A DNA stretch of 64,000 nt. It comes from Macrostomum hystrix (Eukaryota; Animalia; Platyhelminthes). The stretch is from NCBI GenBank assembly GCA_950097015.1, contig CATNEN010000007.1, positions 5,456,001-5,520,000 on the forward strand, written 5' to 3'. The position numbers were made by a program, and so were the translations under genes. Positions 1 to 13,700 of the stretch are shown here, in pieces. The notes beneath the pieces are model-generated. The model was given only the letters and a program-made list of their open reading frames with translations, ran no database searches and was not told the DNA's origin. Numbering within the stretch: the first letter of the stretch is position 1; the number at the start of each line of letters is the position of its first letter.

Positions 1-250
1 TACAGCAGGATAGGACTTTGCCTGAGAATTTTCGCTATTTTTTGGGAACTTTCGCTGCGATCAGTTAAGGTAGGGGATTAAGGTTGACTTGGGGAGGTTA
101 AAATCAAAGGGAGAATTGCGCGGAGACCCGACAGCGAAATTGTGGGAGATCGCTACATTTACTTAAAAATAAATGTGTTTTCATCATTTGCAAGTTGCGT
201 AAGCTTGGCGCCTTCGGCACTGCGAAAATCAATCAAAGAAAGCCCTGACC

Positions 251-735
251 CAGACTTATCTTAATCTCATCTAGACTCATCTAGACTAAGCTAGACTGAC
301 ATAGACTTACCTAGACTCGCCAAGACTCATATAGACTCACATATGCTCACCTAGACTCACCTAGACTCAAACAGACTCACCTAGACTCACATAGACTCAC
401 CTAGACTCACCTAGACTCGCCAAGACTCATATAGACTCACATAGGCTCACCTAGACTCACCTAGACTCATACAGACTCACCTAGACTCACTTAGACTCAC
501 CTAGACTCAAACAGACTCACCTAGACTCACCTAGACTCAAACAGACTCACCTAGACTCGCCAAGACTCATACAGACTCACCTAGACTCACATAGACTCAC
601 CTAGACTCACCTAGACTCGCCAAGACTCATACAGACTCACCTAGACTCATACAGACTCACCTAGACTCACCTAGACTCACCTAGACTCAACTAGCCTCAA
701 CTAGCCTCACCTAGCCTCAACTAGCCTCACCTAGC
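251..735. repeat. 10-bp tandem satellite (CTAGACTCAC and variants)
   Basis: Directly visible tandem array. Confidence 0.95.
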
Positions 736-1783
736 AACGCATCAGGGATATGGGGACCAGGTTAATAGCTTCTAAAGCGCAGCTCTTTGCATACTTTGAG
801 GGTAAAAATAGAGGATTTTTTCAGATCATAAGGAAGTTAAAATCATAACAAAGTTGATTGCTCTTTCTTTGATGGCTTAATTTCTCCACCAAGCAATGTG
901 ACTTTAATAGTTAAGAGCAGATGGAGACAGGCGACAGAGGGGATTAGGACTTAGGATTGACTCTACGGGAACTTGTAGGCCCAACCTTAGCCGCTTTGTT
1001 GACTATGCAGTGCCACTTTGCGTGAGTCGTGTGCTGTTTCGAGTGTTTTGACTGGAATAAATAGAAAATAATAAATAAAATCAGAAACTGATTAAGGAGC
1101 TAAGAATGAGATTTCTAATAAAGTCCGTGTGGGGCACCGATTCTACGTCGTACTTTAGGTTCTATGCCTTAATGATTTTTTTTCAATTAAGTATCTATTT
1201 TTAGCCAGCGTTGGGTGACTCATAGCGCAGGCAGCCAATCAAATTCGAGCCATGCTATACTACGTTTTATTCTATTTGAAAAGCTTAATGGAGCCTACTG
1301 TCCTCTTCTAGCTCTAGCCCGGCCCACCAGATAATCGAGAGGGCTAGGATAGCCAAACTGCCGTTGCCGATACATAAAATAATTTACTCCGTTGGCATAG
1401 CAACACCGATTTTAAACAACTGGGAGCACGAGAACATTTGGTTTGTAGCAGTCAGCAACTCAACATTGCGAGCTGGTATAGTGTTTCTGGGGATTGTTAT
1501 TGCATGGGAAGAGCTGAAACAATTGTCAAATAAACGTTCTTGACTCTGGCTAAGAGTGAGGTACACGGCATGATGTCATTGCAAACAGTGCGGGAGGTGC
1601 AGTGATGGCAGCACTGCCCCCATTTACACAATCATACATAGAATCACCAAGGTAATCATCTTGATCAAATTTAAATCGCCAATTAACCAGTGGAGTGAGT
1701 CTGTCCTGAATCTTGGATGCGATCTCACGCAGCAGGGGGGGAGTCGGGGGTTGCTAGGAGGGCATTGTGCATGTCTGGCTGAC

Positions 1784-4700
1784 CTTTGACGCCTTGGTGA
1801 CGAGCGACAACCACTTTGACTTGACGCGGCCGGACTCCTCGTGCTGAGTTTTGTTTGTTCGAATAGAGAAACGGAGGAGCAGAAAGGCGGGAAATTGTGA
1901 AGCGATGAGTACCTTGACTGAGATTGAGAAAATCAAAGTAAAACGCAAATTGCGCTACTTTAAGTAGCTAAAGATAAGATTATAACAAAAAATTGTTTCT
2001 GCGTCGATTGTTAAAAAATGAAAAATCATCGAAGTAAAGGTTAGATTAGAGCATTAGCAAGAAGTAAGAAATAATGTTTGAAGAGTTACAAAGCGTAACC
2101 CTTTACTATTATTTTAACAAAAGTCAATAACTGCCAAATGTTATATTCGCATGTGTACAAACAGTCGATTACATGCGGAACATATTTTCCGCAATGTTAA
2201 TAAATGTTGCTAAACGTACGTAAAACGTTCGCAAGACCTCCCAAAAAGAGATAAGTAATAAATTATTTTTCGCATTAATTGGCACTCTTGTTTGAAGTAG
2301 AGAGTAAATATTTATATGCATTTTAGTAATAGAAGAAAGAATGCTTTTTTATAGCAAAATACGAGCCATAAAGCAAATTGAAATAACACTAATTTCAGGG
2401 GTCTCAACTAAAAGAAGAAGCTGGGCGAGATTGTGAGACAGGTTGTTAGCTTTAAGAGAAAATTTGTTAGTTGTGAGCTGGTCAAACTGTTCCTGATATA
2501 GTGCTCACACTCTGAAATATCTTTCATCAACAAATAATTAACTCGTAAGTACATGTTTTGATCTAAGTAACCTTGAATTTTTATAGAGTTCTACCAATCT
2601 CTGAACTTCGGTATAGCATGAAAGTGAGTAAAGCGTGCTTAATTAATGATCGTGCAGTGAGTTTTGGCATTTAGTAACACCGGATCGCTAGTCTGGCCCT
2701 TGCCTAAATTGTTTTTCGTAACTTAACAAACAAACAAAAAACCAAACAAAAAAACAAACAACCAACCAACCAAACAACAAAACAAACAAACAAACAAATA
2801 ACCAAACAAACAAACAAACAAACATACAAACAAACAAACAAACAAACAAACAACCTAAGCAAAAAACAAGCAAAAAACGAAATGATATAAAATAACTAAC
2901 TGCTGTCTCTTAAACTGTCACTATAACTATAGCTTATGACTAAATTTTCCTTTACATTTGTTAATTATTCTACCAATATGATTAGAGTACATAGAACGTA
3001 AGAGCATAGAGACTTTTAAATTGTTTCATAAACTTTATAAGGCTCGGGTTGTCCAGACTAGCAATCCGCGCAACATTTAACTCCTTAGTTTCAATGCCCG
3101 AACTCAGCGCATGCCAGCCAAACAAAAGAACTGATTCCACACTATAGGCAAACGCAGCCGCGCACTCTACCTCCGACGGTTTCAGGTCGATGTTGAGGCA
3201 CGATTTGGCCTTCATTTCGCAGCGCAGGCTTCGCAGATGACGCGGACGCATCGCTGGGGAGGCCCAGGCTCCGATGGAGAGCGAGTGGGCCAAGCACTGC
3301 GTGCGGTGTGCGCGGCAATGTCGAGGCGCTATCGATTTCTTTTAGCCCCAATTAACCGGCGCAAATTTGAAATACTTTTAACTATCGTCAATCGTTCGAG
3401 TTGGTAGGGGATGTGCGTACATAGAGGAGGGAGGGGGTTGGTTGGAGTCTAGGGTGTGCGTACACGGAGGAGTGAGTGGTTTAGTTGGCGTCTTGGGTGT
3501 ACACAGTCAAGTGAGGTTGTTGGTTAGAGTAAGAGGTTTAGCCTACACCGAGGAGTGAGGGGGTTGGTTGGAGTCTAGGGTGTGCGTACACGGAGGAGTG
3601 AGTGGTTTAGTTGGCGTCTTGGGTGTACACAGTCGAGTGAGGTTGTTGGTTAGAGTAAGAGGTTTAGCCTACACCGAGGAGTGAGGGGGTTGGTTGGGGT
3701 CTAGGGTGTGCGTACTCGTATATCGAGGAGTGATGTTGTTCGTTTGTCGAGCATTGACTCTTCACGCCTTCAGTGTTGGAATGAAAATTTTATTCAGGTA
3801 AAGAATGAATACTTTAGAAACTTGCTAACTGGTCATCGTTGTCTATAAAACTGGAGATATCTTTGGATTGTTCGTCTTATGAAACAATATGTTTACTTTT
3901 TGTTGGAGAATCTTGTTATTCGAACTTGTACGACGGTAAGACTTTTCATCAAACGGCATGCAGAGAGGCAAATCCTTACCTTCCTTTTAAAAGAAGTTAT
4001 TAGGAAAAAAGACCAACAGATTACGAAGCAACGTCCACTAGCCTGACAGTTTTACTGTGGGATCTCAGCTCGAGGAAAAACGAATATAAAAATCTGACAG
4101 AAAACTTGCAAATGATTGGGTGCGGGACAGAGAAAATATGCGCATGACCCAAGAGATAAACTCATACCTGCTCCGTGCTCTGCTGGCGATCGTCCTTGCG
4201 AGACAGCGGCGAGCGGGGGTTTTTAGACAGCGGCTCCACGGAACCTGAAGGCGAGTGTTGGCTTGTTGAATTGTTCGATTATCAGACCTATAGGTCGTTC
4301 AAATCCTTACTGTAAAAATGATCATATATATCTTGCGTCACAGCTGTCAAATTTGTCATATAAACTTGGGTCGCAAATAATAAATAAAACACTCCAATCC
4401 ATTTTCTAAGAAATCACCACTCGCCCGTTCGCTTTTCGCAACTCACCGTACAGGTCGGGTGTGCAGAGAGTCAGCAGGACGCTGCCCTGTACCAGATCGA
4501 CCAGCCCGACACCATTCTCGTTGCCCACAGCTAGGCTGGAAGAAGAATTGTGTTATAGTGCGAGTTTATAGTGCCTTGACACTGCGTCATCAGAAAATTT
4601 TTAAGCACAACAGCTCCAAGGGATTTTCTCGTCCTGCACGATATAACGTAATCTCGTCGCAGATTTGAAGTCGGGACCATTTGACCAATTCAAGTATGTT

Positions 4701-7700
4701 TAGCACAAATGTACTTAAACGTTGTACCAAATTGTTAAAGAAACCGGGAGTGTTTCAAACGTGTGCCACACTTTCTCCCTTTCCCAGCCTCACATCTGAT
4801 AGTCCGGCGAAAATCTGGCACAAGTGATGGGAGGTGGCGGCGCATCCGGGTTGGTGGAGCCCAGCAGGCAGATCAGCTCGGGCTGGTAGCCGGGACTCCA
4901 GCCGCGACAGCCCCGGCGGACGCTGAGACCCACCAGAACTTCCTGCGATGGGGCGGTGGAAAGTGACAGGGACATTGAAAGTAAACCAATTTGAGCAAAT
5001 AAATGGGTGGCTGCCCTTCGCTTCTAGAATTTAGACTGGGGCAACGTACAGCGGTGAAGGTTCGGTGATATGAACTAATGTACACTGATCCAAGAGATGA
5101 TGTTGGCTTGGAATGTACATTGCAGGATAGAAAATATTAGAAGTGGGGGGGGCTGACTGGACTTGTGCGCGCATGAGGGAGACGGAAAACTTGGCGCAGT
5201 TTGTGTACATACGGTGGAGAAGTCCGATTTTTCTAATGTTCATTTAGAGAAGAGAAAGCTGCGTCGTGCACTGAAGCTGATGAAGATAGAGCTGAACGAA
5301 TTCGACAAGTTTCACATTTCTTGCTTTGCAGTTGACCAGCATCATGCCAAAATATTATTTTGTTCTAAAAAATTGTGCAATGATCAACTACGAGTATGTC
5401 GATATTTAGGCTTAGGAGAATGACAAGTACTTTCAATGATTGGACCTTCCAGGTCCAGGTAGATTTTAGATTGAAGCTTTTGTTGTGCCCAGACAAAATC
5501 ACAGATAGAAGAATTAAGGCATGCAATCAGAAGTACAAAATAGACAGGTAATAAATATGATAAAGACAAATGTGGTTGAAAAAGGCAAGAATGTTTTTAT
5601 CTAAAAAAATTCTTTCAGGTAGAAAACTGTTAAGCATAATAGCTCGTACTTTGTCACTAGTAGCAGTTATAATCCTTTAATAACCACCATTCACCCTCCA
5701 ACTTTCGCATCGAGTCTACTATTATACTCGTACTTTAAAATGACCAACTAGCTTGTACATCCGACCTTAACCTTGAAACAAGCAAAAATAAAAAGCAATT
5801 GTTTAGTTTGTCACTTATTATGCAGAGATAATTTTATCGAACGTTCTAAACAAAACAAGATATTGCTCAGCTAAATTTATTTAACAGAGTAGCAAAACTA
5901 GAAAAGCGAATTGCATACAAGGATATCTGAAGTATGACACTAGCCATCGACGTTTGGGATTACCTTCGGGCCTGCATTGTACTACAAAGTTGGTTTTTTT
6001 ACTGTCACGAGACATAAAAATAACATAGTAAGAATAGGATCTGAAGCAATTATTGCTAAATTAAAAACTTATTTTCTTAGTTTTTTTTACTGTTTTGTTT
6101 TAAGACGTTGAATGAAAATGGTTCACTCAAAATTGATGAAAGAAATTCGCACGAATTCAAATTCCAATATGCGTCATGCCTTTTGACAGTAGAAATGCCA
6201 CTTTTTCCCCTTGGGGAAAGACTAAGAGGTAGTTCAAACACCCGCTGCCTACTTCATGATAGCTCCCAAACCAAATGAACAATTTCGTGAAAGCCCACCA
6301 AATGGATTAAAATACCCCGCCCTTTACAATTATTTTTTGTTTTTGGAGATATAGACAAAAGAAATATAAATTGTGGGTATTTGAAATTCGCACATATTTC
6401 ATATTTAAGTTAAATATATGACAGCAGTTTTTCTACTGTCAAGCAACTAACTACCTAGACCATTTTATAGCAGAGCGTACTAAAGCAATTAATTTAAACC
6501 GTCTTTGATCCGCTGGGCAATGCGGTCTCTATTGTGCTATCAAAAGCATGAGTTAGCTTACTTGAGTTATAGACAGACAGACAAAACAGGTGCCAAGGAA
6601 CAATTAAAACATTGAGAATAAGTCCACTGATTGGATGAATTAAAAAGCGTTTTATCATAGTTTAACATTAAAGAATAAAATAGAAAAACGCGAAAACATA
6701 GGAATTTTTTCAACTCAAAGCCACTCATTCAGTTTGAATATAGTGGCAAATGTAATTAGCAGGTGTAATGTAATAATTGCCATTTTCAAAGCATCACCTT
6801 GGAGTGGTGAGTGTGGAACACTTCCGACTGGAACGGACTCGACGAGTGACTCGAGGACGAGCTAAACCTGGGCCTGGGCTGGCGCTAATGAAGGCGAGAG
6901 AGTTCACGAAATGCTATGAAATCAATAGAGCCTGGACATAAGATCCTTTACCTCGAAAATAGTTTAATGAACTATAGCTTTTCATTAAACAGTATGAACT
7001 CTTTTTGCTCAATTTTGTTTCCATTTTAATCGTTTCTACTGTTAGTAAACAGCTACGAGTAAGTTCTGGTCACGGAAATCAGTGTCGAATATAAGGGCCA
7101 GCATTTTACCTGGGAATCCTTCTACGACCATCTTAATGAGGGGTTGGTGTCTGAGTAGGTTAGTGTCTGAGTAGGTTGGTGTCTGAGTAGGTTGGTGTCT
7201 GAGTAGGTTGGTGTCTGAGTAGGTTGGTGTCTGAGTAGGTTGGTGTCTGAGTAGGTTGGTGTCTGAGTAGGTTGGTGTCTGAGTAGGTTGGTATCTGAGT
7301 AGGCTAGTGTCTGAGTAAGCTGGTGTTTGAGAAGTTTTGGTTTCTGTGTAGGTTGGTGTCTGAGTAGGTTGGTGTCTGAGTAGGTTGGTGTCTGAGTAGG
7401 TTGGTGTCTGAGTAGGTTGGTGTCTGAGTAGGTTGGTGTCTGAGTAGGTTGGTGTCTTAGCAGGAAAACTAGAAGGAGACTCTTCAACTTGACTTCGATT
7501 GCGCCTAAATTGACTTCGACACGACTTTGAACAGTATCAGAGGGACTGTTGTATCAACTGGAATTTGATGGGTATCAGAGGGACTGTTGTATCAACAGGA
7601 ATTTGATGGGTATCAGAGGGACTGTTGTATCAACAGGAATTTGATGGGTATCAGAGGGACTGTTGTATCAACTGGAATTTGATGGGTATCAGAGGGACTG

Positions 7701-10700
7701 TTGTATCAACAGGAATTTGATGGGTATCAGAGGGACTGTTGTATCAACTGGAATTTGATGGGTATCAGAGGGACTGTTGTATCAACTGGAATTTGATGGG
7801 TATCAGAGGGACTGTTGTATCAACTGGAATTTGATGGGTATCAGAGGGACTGTTGTATCAACAGGAATTTGATGGGTATCAGAGGGACTGTTGTATCAAC
7901 AGGAATTTGATGGGTATCAGAGGGACTGTTGTATCAACAGGAATTTGATGGGTATCAGAGGGACTGTTGTATCAACTGGAATTTGATGGGTATCAGAGGG
8001 ACTGTTGTATCAACTGGAATTTGATGGGTATCAGAGGGACTGTTGTATCAACAGGAATTTGATGGGTATCAGAGGGACTGTTGTATCAACAGGAATTTGA
8101 TGGGTATCAGAGGGACTGTTGTATCAACTGGAATTTGATGGGTATCAGAGGGACTGTTGTATCAACTGGAATTTGATGGGTATCAGAGGGACTGTTGTAT
8201 CAACAGGAATTTGATGGGTATCAGAGGGACTGTTGTATCAACTGGAATTTGATGGGTATCAGAGGGACTGTTGAATTGCTAAGTCGAAATGCTTCTTTTG
8301 AGCCTTTGTAACACTGCACATTGACATCCAGGTGCTTTGGGTTATTATGATGAATGTGATGTTTATTAATCTACTAGCTGCGCAAAATGGTACGATATAT
8401 ACATGCACAAGCAGCATAGAGCTATACCAATGTCTAAACTGGAAAGAATTCATTATTCTTAGAGATAAAGCCGTCATTTTTCCATTTAAGCGCTTAGCAT
8501 ACTACTGATCCGGAGGTTTGTTGGTGAGTAGTAAAAACAGAGCATCTAGTGGCACAGAAATCATGCAGCCGGAATGAAGCGCAAAACGGCAAAGACAGTC
8601 GCAATGGCATGTGCTGATTTGCTACAATGCTACAAACAATTCGAGTAAAGTACTTCAAATACTTCTATAAGTAGTTCGTCTAGGCAACCAAGCGACGCAA
8701 GACAGAAAATGAAGAAACGGATCGCAAATTTTGACAGTTAGAAAATACCCAGACAGCTCATTGTGCACATTGTGTAAAACAATGTGTTCTTGATATTTTC
8801 CTTGCCGTATGCTGGAAACGCTGGTCAGAACTGCCCGTTGCTAAGTTGGGCCCGCTTAAATCGCAATTTAATTTTGAGTTATTCAAGACCTTCAAGAATG
8901 CCCAGACAATGTACTTCTGAGCTGCTGGCCAAGGTATCTTGAATGTTAAATGATCACAGATTCTGTGAAACTCAGCTAGCTAGTAGATAGTCTGACTACC
9001 GAGACATTCTCAAACGACCTGATGAATATTTTAGGCGCACTGAAGCCTGACACGTGCCCTTGAGCACAGTCAGAACCCAGCTAGTAGTGGGGCCTTGTCA
9101 CGCCAGCTGCTAATTAGGCCTAGTCTGAGTACAAAGCCAGGCCGTTGGTTGGACTAGAGGGCATTAGGGAACGACTGTGTGATAAATTTTAATTGCTCGA
9201 CCAACTTCAGACAGACGAAGAGAAAAGCGGAGTTTTGAGTCCGAGCCAACGGATGCAATAAGTTGAGCCGCGTATGAGTTCAAGATGAAATGAGACACGG
9301 CAAGCATGCCTGCTGATGAGCACAAACAGGAGCCGCCACCTGACACTAGAAAGCACCTGGCTAGAGGAACTATTAATCTATTTCTTAAAAAAAGAGAGCC
9401 ATCCCTGCTGACAGCGCTTTCTATCCCCTTATCCTCAAGAGGATGAGAGCGGTTCACTCTCAGCTAACTGACACGTCTCTCTCCGCTTTCTGTTTGCTAA
9501 ACTGGCAGGACTGGGTGGGATCTGGTGTGCCTGTGAGAAAGCGACTCAACTCACTCGGTCTGGAGGCTGCTGCTGCTGCTGCTGAGATCCAGAGATGCGG
9601 CTAAAGTCCTCGTGCAAGTCTGAATCGTCGAACGTCTCGATGCATATATCCACGGTCTGTTGGAGGACATTGTTTCAAACAGTTAAGCAATGACTTGAAA
9701 TTTAATCACGGTGTCTGAGTAGGTTGGTGTCTGAGTAGGTTGGTATCTGAGTAGGCTGGTATCTGAGTAGGCTGGTGTCTGAGTAGGTTGGTGTCTGAGT
9801 AGGTTGGTGTCTGAGTAGGTTGGTGTCTGAGTAGGTTGGTGTCTGAGTAGGTTGGTGTCTGAGTAGGTTGGTGTCTGAGTAGGCTGGTGTCTGAGTAGGC
9901 TGGTGTCTGAGTAGGTTGGTGTCTGAGTAGGTTGGTGTCTGAGTAGGCTGGTGTCTGAGTAGGTTGGTGTCTGAGTAGGTTGGTGTCTGAGTAGGTTGGT
10001 GTCTGAGTAGGCTGGTGTCTGAGTAGGTTGGTGTCTGAGTAGGTTGGTGTCTGAGTAGGCTGGTGTCTGAGTAGGTTGGTGTCTGAGTAGGTTGGTGTCT
10101 GAGTAGGTTGGTGTCTGAGTAGGTTGGTGTCTGAGTAGGTTGGTGTCTGAGTAGGTTGGTGTCTGAGTAGGCTGGTGTCTGAGTAGGTTGGTGTCTGAGT
10201 AGGTTGGTGTCTGAGTAGGCTGGTGTCTGAGTAGGCTGGTGTCTGAGTAGTCCAGGCGAACAAGCGGCTGATGCTTACCAGAATTTCGGACCGAACCTCC
10301 CGCCGGCTGAAGCTGAGGAGGCAGACATGCGAGCTGCCGCCAACCAGCAGGCGCTGAAAGTCCGCATCGAAGGAGATGAGCTGGACGGAGAGGGCCTCTT
10401 CTCCGAGCTGCCAGTTAGCGCCGCTGCTGCTGGCCACCGATGTCGCTGTCGGTGCCGACGACGATTCAGCCGTGTTGTCAGAGGAGACTTGCCTGGATGC
10501 GGCCTTGCTGGCTCCCGCCAGCGGCTCGAAGTACTTGGCAGTTCTCAGCCTGTACAGAGCCTGCAGCTCTAGCAGGGAGGCGTCCCAGAACTTCAGCGAG
10601 CCATCGGCGTGCCCGGTGACAAGGATCTCCGAGTAGCTGGTCTTCGAGTCGCCCCACTCGCCGCCGGTGACAGGCCATTGCTTGGTGCTGAAGCCCTCCG

Positions 10701-13700
10701 AGTGCTTCTGGGAGCGGCCGACCATGAAGAAGGACTCGATGAGCTTGTGCGGGCAGTCGGCGACGTAGTGACAGGCGGTGACGGGCGATTCGTGCAGGTC
10801 CATCGGGTAGGGATTCTCGAAGTTCGGGTAGCTGATAGGTGCGAGGCGTTGGGGGTGAGGTCACGGACTAATACTGAGACTGAGACTGAGACTGATACTG
10901 AGACTGAGACTGAGACTGAGGCTGAGACTGAGACTGAGACTGAGACTGAGACTGAGACTGAGACTGAGACTGAGACTGAGACTGAGACTGAGACTGAGAC
11001 TGAGACTGAGACTGAGACTGAGACTGAGACTGAGACTGAGACTGAGACTGAGACTGGTATTGAGACTGGTACTGAGACTGGTACTGAGACTGGTACTGAG
11101 ACTGAGACTAAATGAGATCAAGGTCGAGACGAGAGAATTCTCGTTGATCAGTTAAATGTCAAATCGTGCTGTATCTTAGAATCAATCTAATTAGCTAAAA
11201 GTGCATTAAATAAAAAATCTGCAGATTTTTTTACTTTGTTTGCCTGCCTACTTTGTCTTGCAGAATTAAAAATCACAGACTCACAGTCAAGCGGCTGTTA
11301 ATTTTGTAACACTTGCAACAAGCATACACGAGTTGCTTCAGAACAACGTGATCGGAATATTAATAATAGCACAGTAATGTCAGCTCAAATTCCAGATTTT
11401 CTTCTTGGTGCTCAAAATCAACTTGAGCTCAATCCCAACTAATGTACATAATATTTGCCAAAGTTGTCTAAATTGTTTGATAAATTCGCTGCCAGAGAAT
11501 ACTTATTCTAGAAGCCCCTCAGGACAATCGCTGGGTCTCATTGAAGCCTCTTAAGCGTGACCGACAAACTCGTGCCGAGAAAGGACAAAAGGGCAAAGAA
11601 CTGGCCAAATAAAGTATTTTAATATTCTTCACATCTCACCTTGAAAATAATCCCCACTGAAGTCTCGCCTAAATAGACTTTAGAGTGAAAGAGAGAGGCA
11701 GGAAGAGGTGTGAAAGGGTTAGAAAGGGAGAGGGTGAGAAAGAGGCGAGAAAAGGTTGAGAGAAATCGAGAGAGGGAGAGAGGGAGAGAGGGAGAGAGGG
11801 AGAGAGGGAGAGAGGGAGAGAGTGAGAGAGGGAGGGAGGGAGAGAGGGAGAGAGGGAGAGGGAGACAGGGAGAGAGGGAGAGAGGGAGAGAGCGGGAGAG
11901 AGGAGAGAGGACACTGCCCATTGAATTTCAAAAATCTAATGTTGGAATCGATTCTTCGATATGTATCGAAAAAAATGAAATCAGGATTCGAACCAAGGCA
12001 ACTCGAGACGCGTTTCGCTCTTATTGGAGCTCATCAGTAGAGTCTAGCCTAGCGCTCTAGCCATTAGGCTATGGGCGCTTGTTCAAATCCAGCTTTCAAT
12101 CTCAACATATCGTAATCGATTCTGCAGCGCCCCGCAACTCAATCCATACTCACTCAACTCCGTGGCACTGACTCGGTCGTACGAGACGCCGGTGCTGGCC
12201 TGAGAGAAAGAGAAAGGGAGAGAGGCAGAGAGGGAGAGAGGGAGAGGGAGAGAGGGAGAGGCAGAGAGGGAGAGAGGGAGAGGGAGAGAGGGAGAGAGGG
12301 AGAGGGAGAGGGAGAGAGGGAGAGAGGGAGAGGGAGAGGGAGAGAGGGAGAGAGGGAGAGGGAGAGGGAGAGAGGGAGAGAGGGAGAGGGAGAGGGAGAG
12401 AGGGAGAGAGGGAGAGGGAGAGGGAGAGAGGGAGAGAGGGAGAGAGGGAGAGAGGGAGAGAGGGAGAAGGAGAGAGGGAGAGAGGGAGAGAGGGAGAGGG
12501 AGAGGGAAAGGGAGAGGGAGAGAGGGAGAGGTAGAGAGGAGAGAGGGAGAGGGAGAGAGGGGGAGAGGGAGAGGGAGAGAGGTACACATGTAGTGGATGA
12601 GATTGAGAGAAGGTGAGAGGGAGAGAGTTATATGAGGAGATTGAGAGAGGTGGAGAGGGGAGAGAAGCGGAGGACGTCCAGAGAGCTTCCCCTTCCGGGG
12701 CAGGGGGGAGGGCGGCGGCTGATTCGGTGCGTGAATAATGAATGCAGATGCTCGCGAGGGCACGAGAAGGGAGAGAACAGAAGCCGTATGGAATGGCTCC
12801 GGTCACCGCAAGCCCTAAAAAGAGATGGAGAAAACGCGAGTGACCGAGCGTGTGTCCTCAAACGCATATTTATGACTCGATATCGCCACTATACAGTCGT
12901 CTTTTCCGCGGACTTTTCTAGCCCAGGTCGAAAGGAGGCTTGGAGTACCAAAAATTATTCCTACTATTGTAGAAAGAAATGTTCTATAGTTCCGAATCGA
13001 AAATTTCTTGCTCAGAACTTTGCAATTAGTGCGCTCTCGGGAGCCAGGTGGTCAGACAGGAGCTGGGTGGAATCCGGAATTTCCACTCAAAGGGAGGCGG
13101 AGGCCCGGCGTCCGGCATTTGATCAAAGTAGGTTCGGCTTGGCAGCTTCCCCAGCTGAAGCACTCGTTCGCTCGATTTGACCCCTAGTAGCAGAAACTCC
13201 GAGGACGAAAATAACAAAAGCAGCAGGCTTGGAGAGATCGGAGAGTGGAGGTGGGGTGGGCGGCATCGATGAGCTGTCTGAGTCGGGAGCAGGGCGGGAC
13301 TGCGGACCCTGCTCAAACACGCTCCCAGAGTGGAAAAGGGGTAAAAGTGGGAAGCGATAAAAAATTACTGCCCTTCTCCTGGCAGGCTCACTCGGAACTC
13401 TCCTAAAAGAGGCCGATCAAATAGAAGAGAAAATCTTCCCGGGCCACTTCGGCCGAATCCGCTAGTGTCATTGCGGGAATGAGATCGCTTGGCAGTCACT
13501 CTGCTGCTGCTCAATCGATTGAGGATTTGGGATTAAGACATCAGCTCTCGGCAGAATTTTGTTTCTTTGTCTCTCTTTTTCCATTGATTCTCTTTATTCG
13601 CTCTGTTTTTGTGCATCCACAACTTAATCTCTCTTCTGTCTTCTCTACTTAGCTAAAAGTAATTAACTTAATTGCTATTTAAAATCTTACTAATATATTA

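Larger units (their letters stand above)
11770..12630. repeat. Two GA-rich purine tracts (11770-11910 and 12205-12630)
   Basis: (GGGAGA/GGGAGAGA)n visible. Confidence 0.9.

Noticed and set aside
1570-1830. Glycosyltransferase-like reading HNALLATPDSP on the minus strand
   Set aside because: Frame closes soon after, the similarity is superficial and the region is better explained by a tomosyn exon
7534-8274. CRISPR-like array (38-bp repeats; also the 31- and 52-bp arrays)
   Set aside because: Units are contiguous with no unique spacers, there are no cas genes and the context is eukaryotic
9706-10278. Repetitive C-terminus of the 365-aa ORF
   Set aside because: Read-through past the gtaagc donor at 10278 into an intronic satellite
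10609-12867. ETETET, SLSPSL and ERGRE ORFs
   Set aside because: Translations of microsatellites
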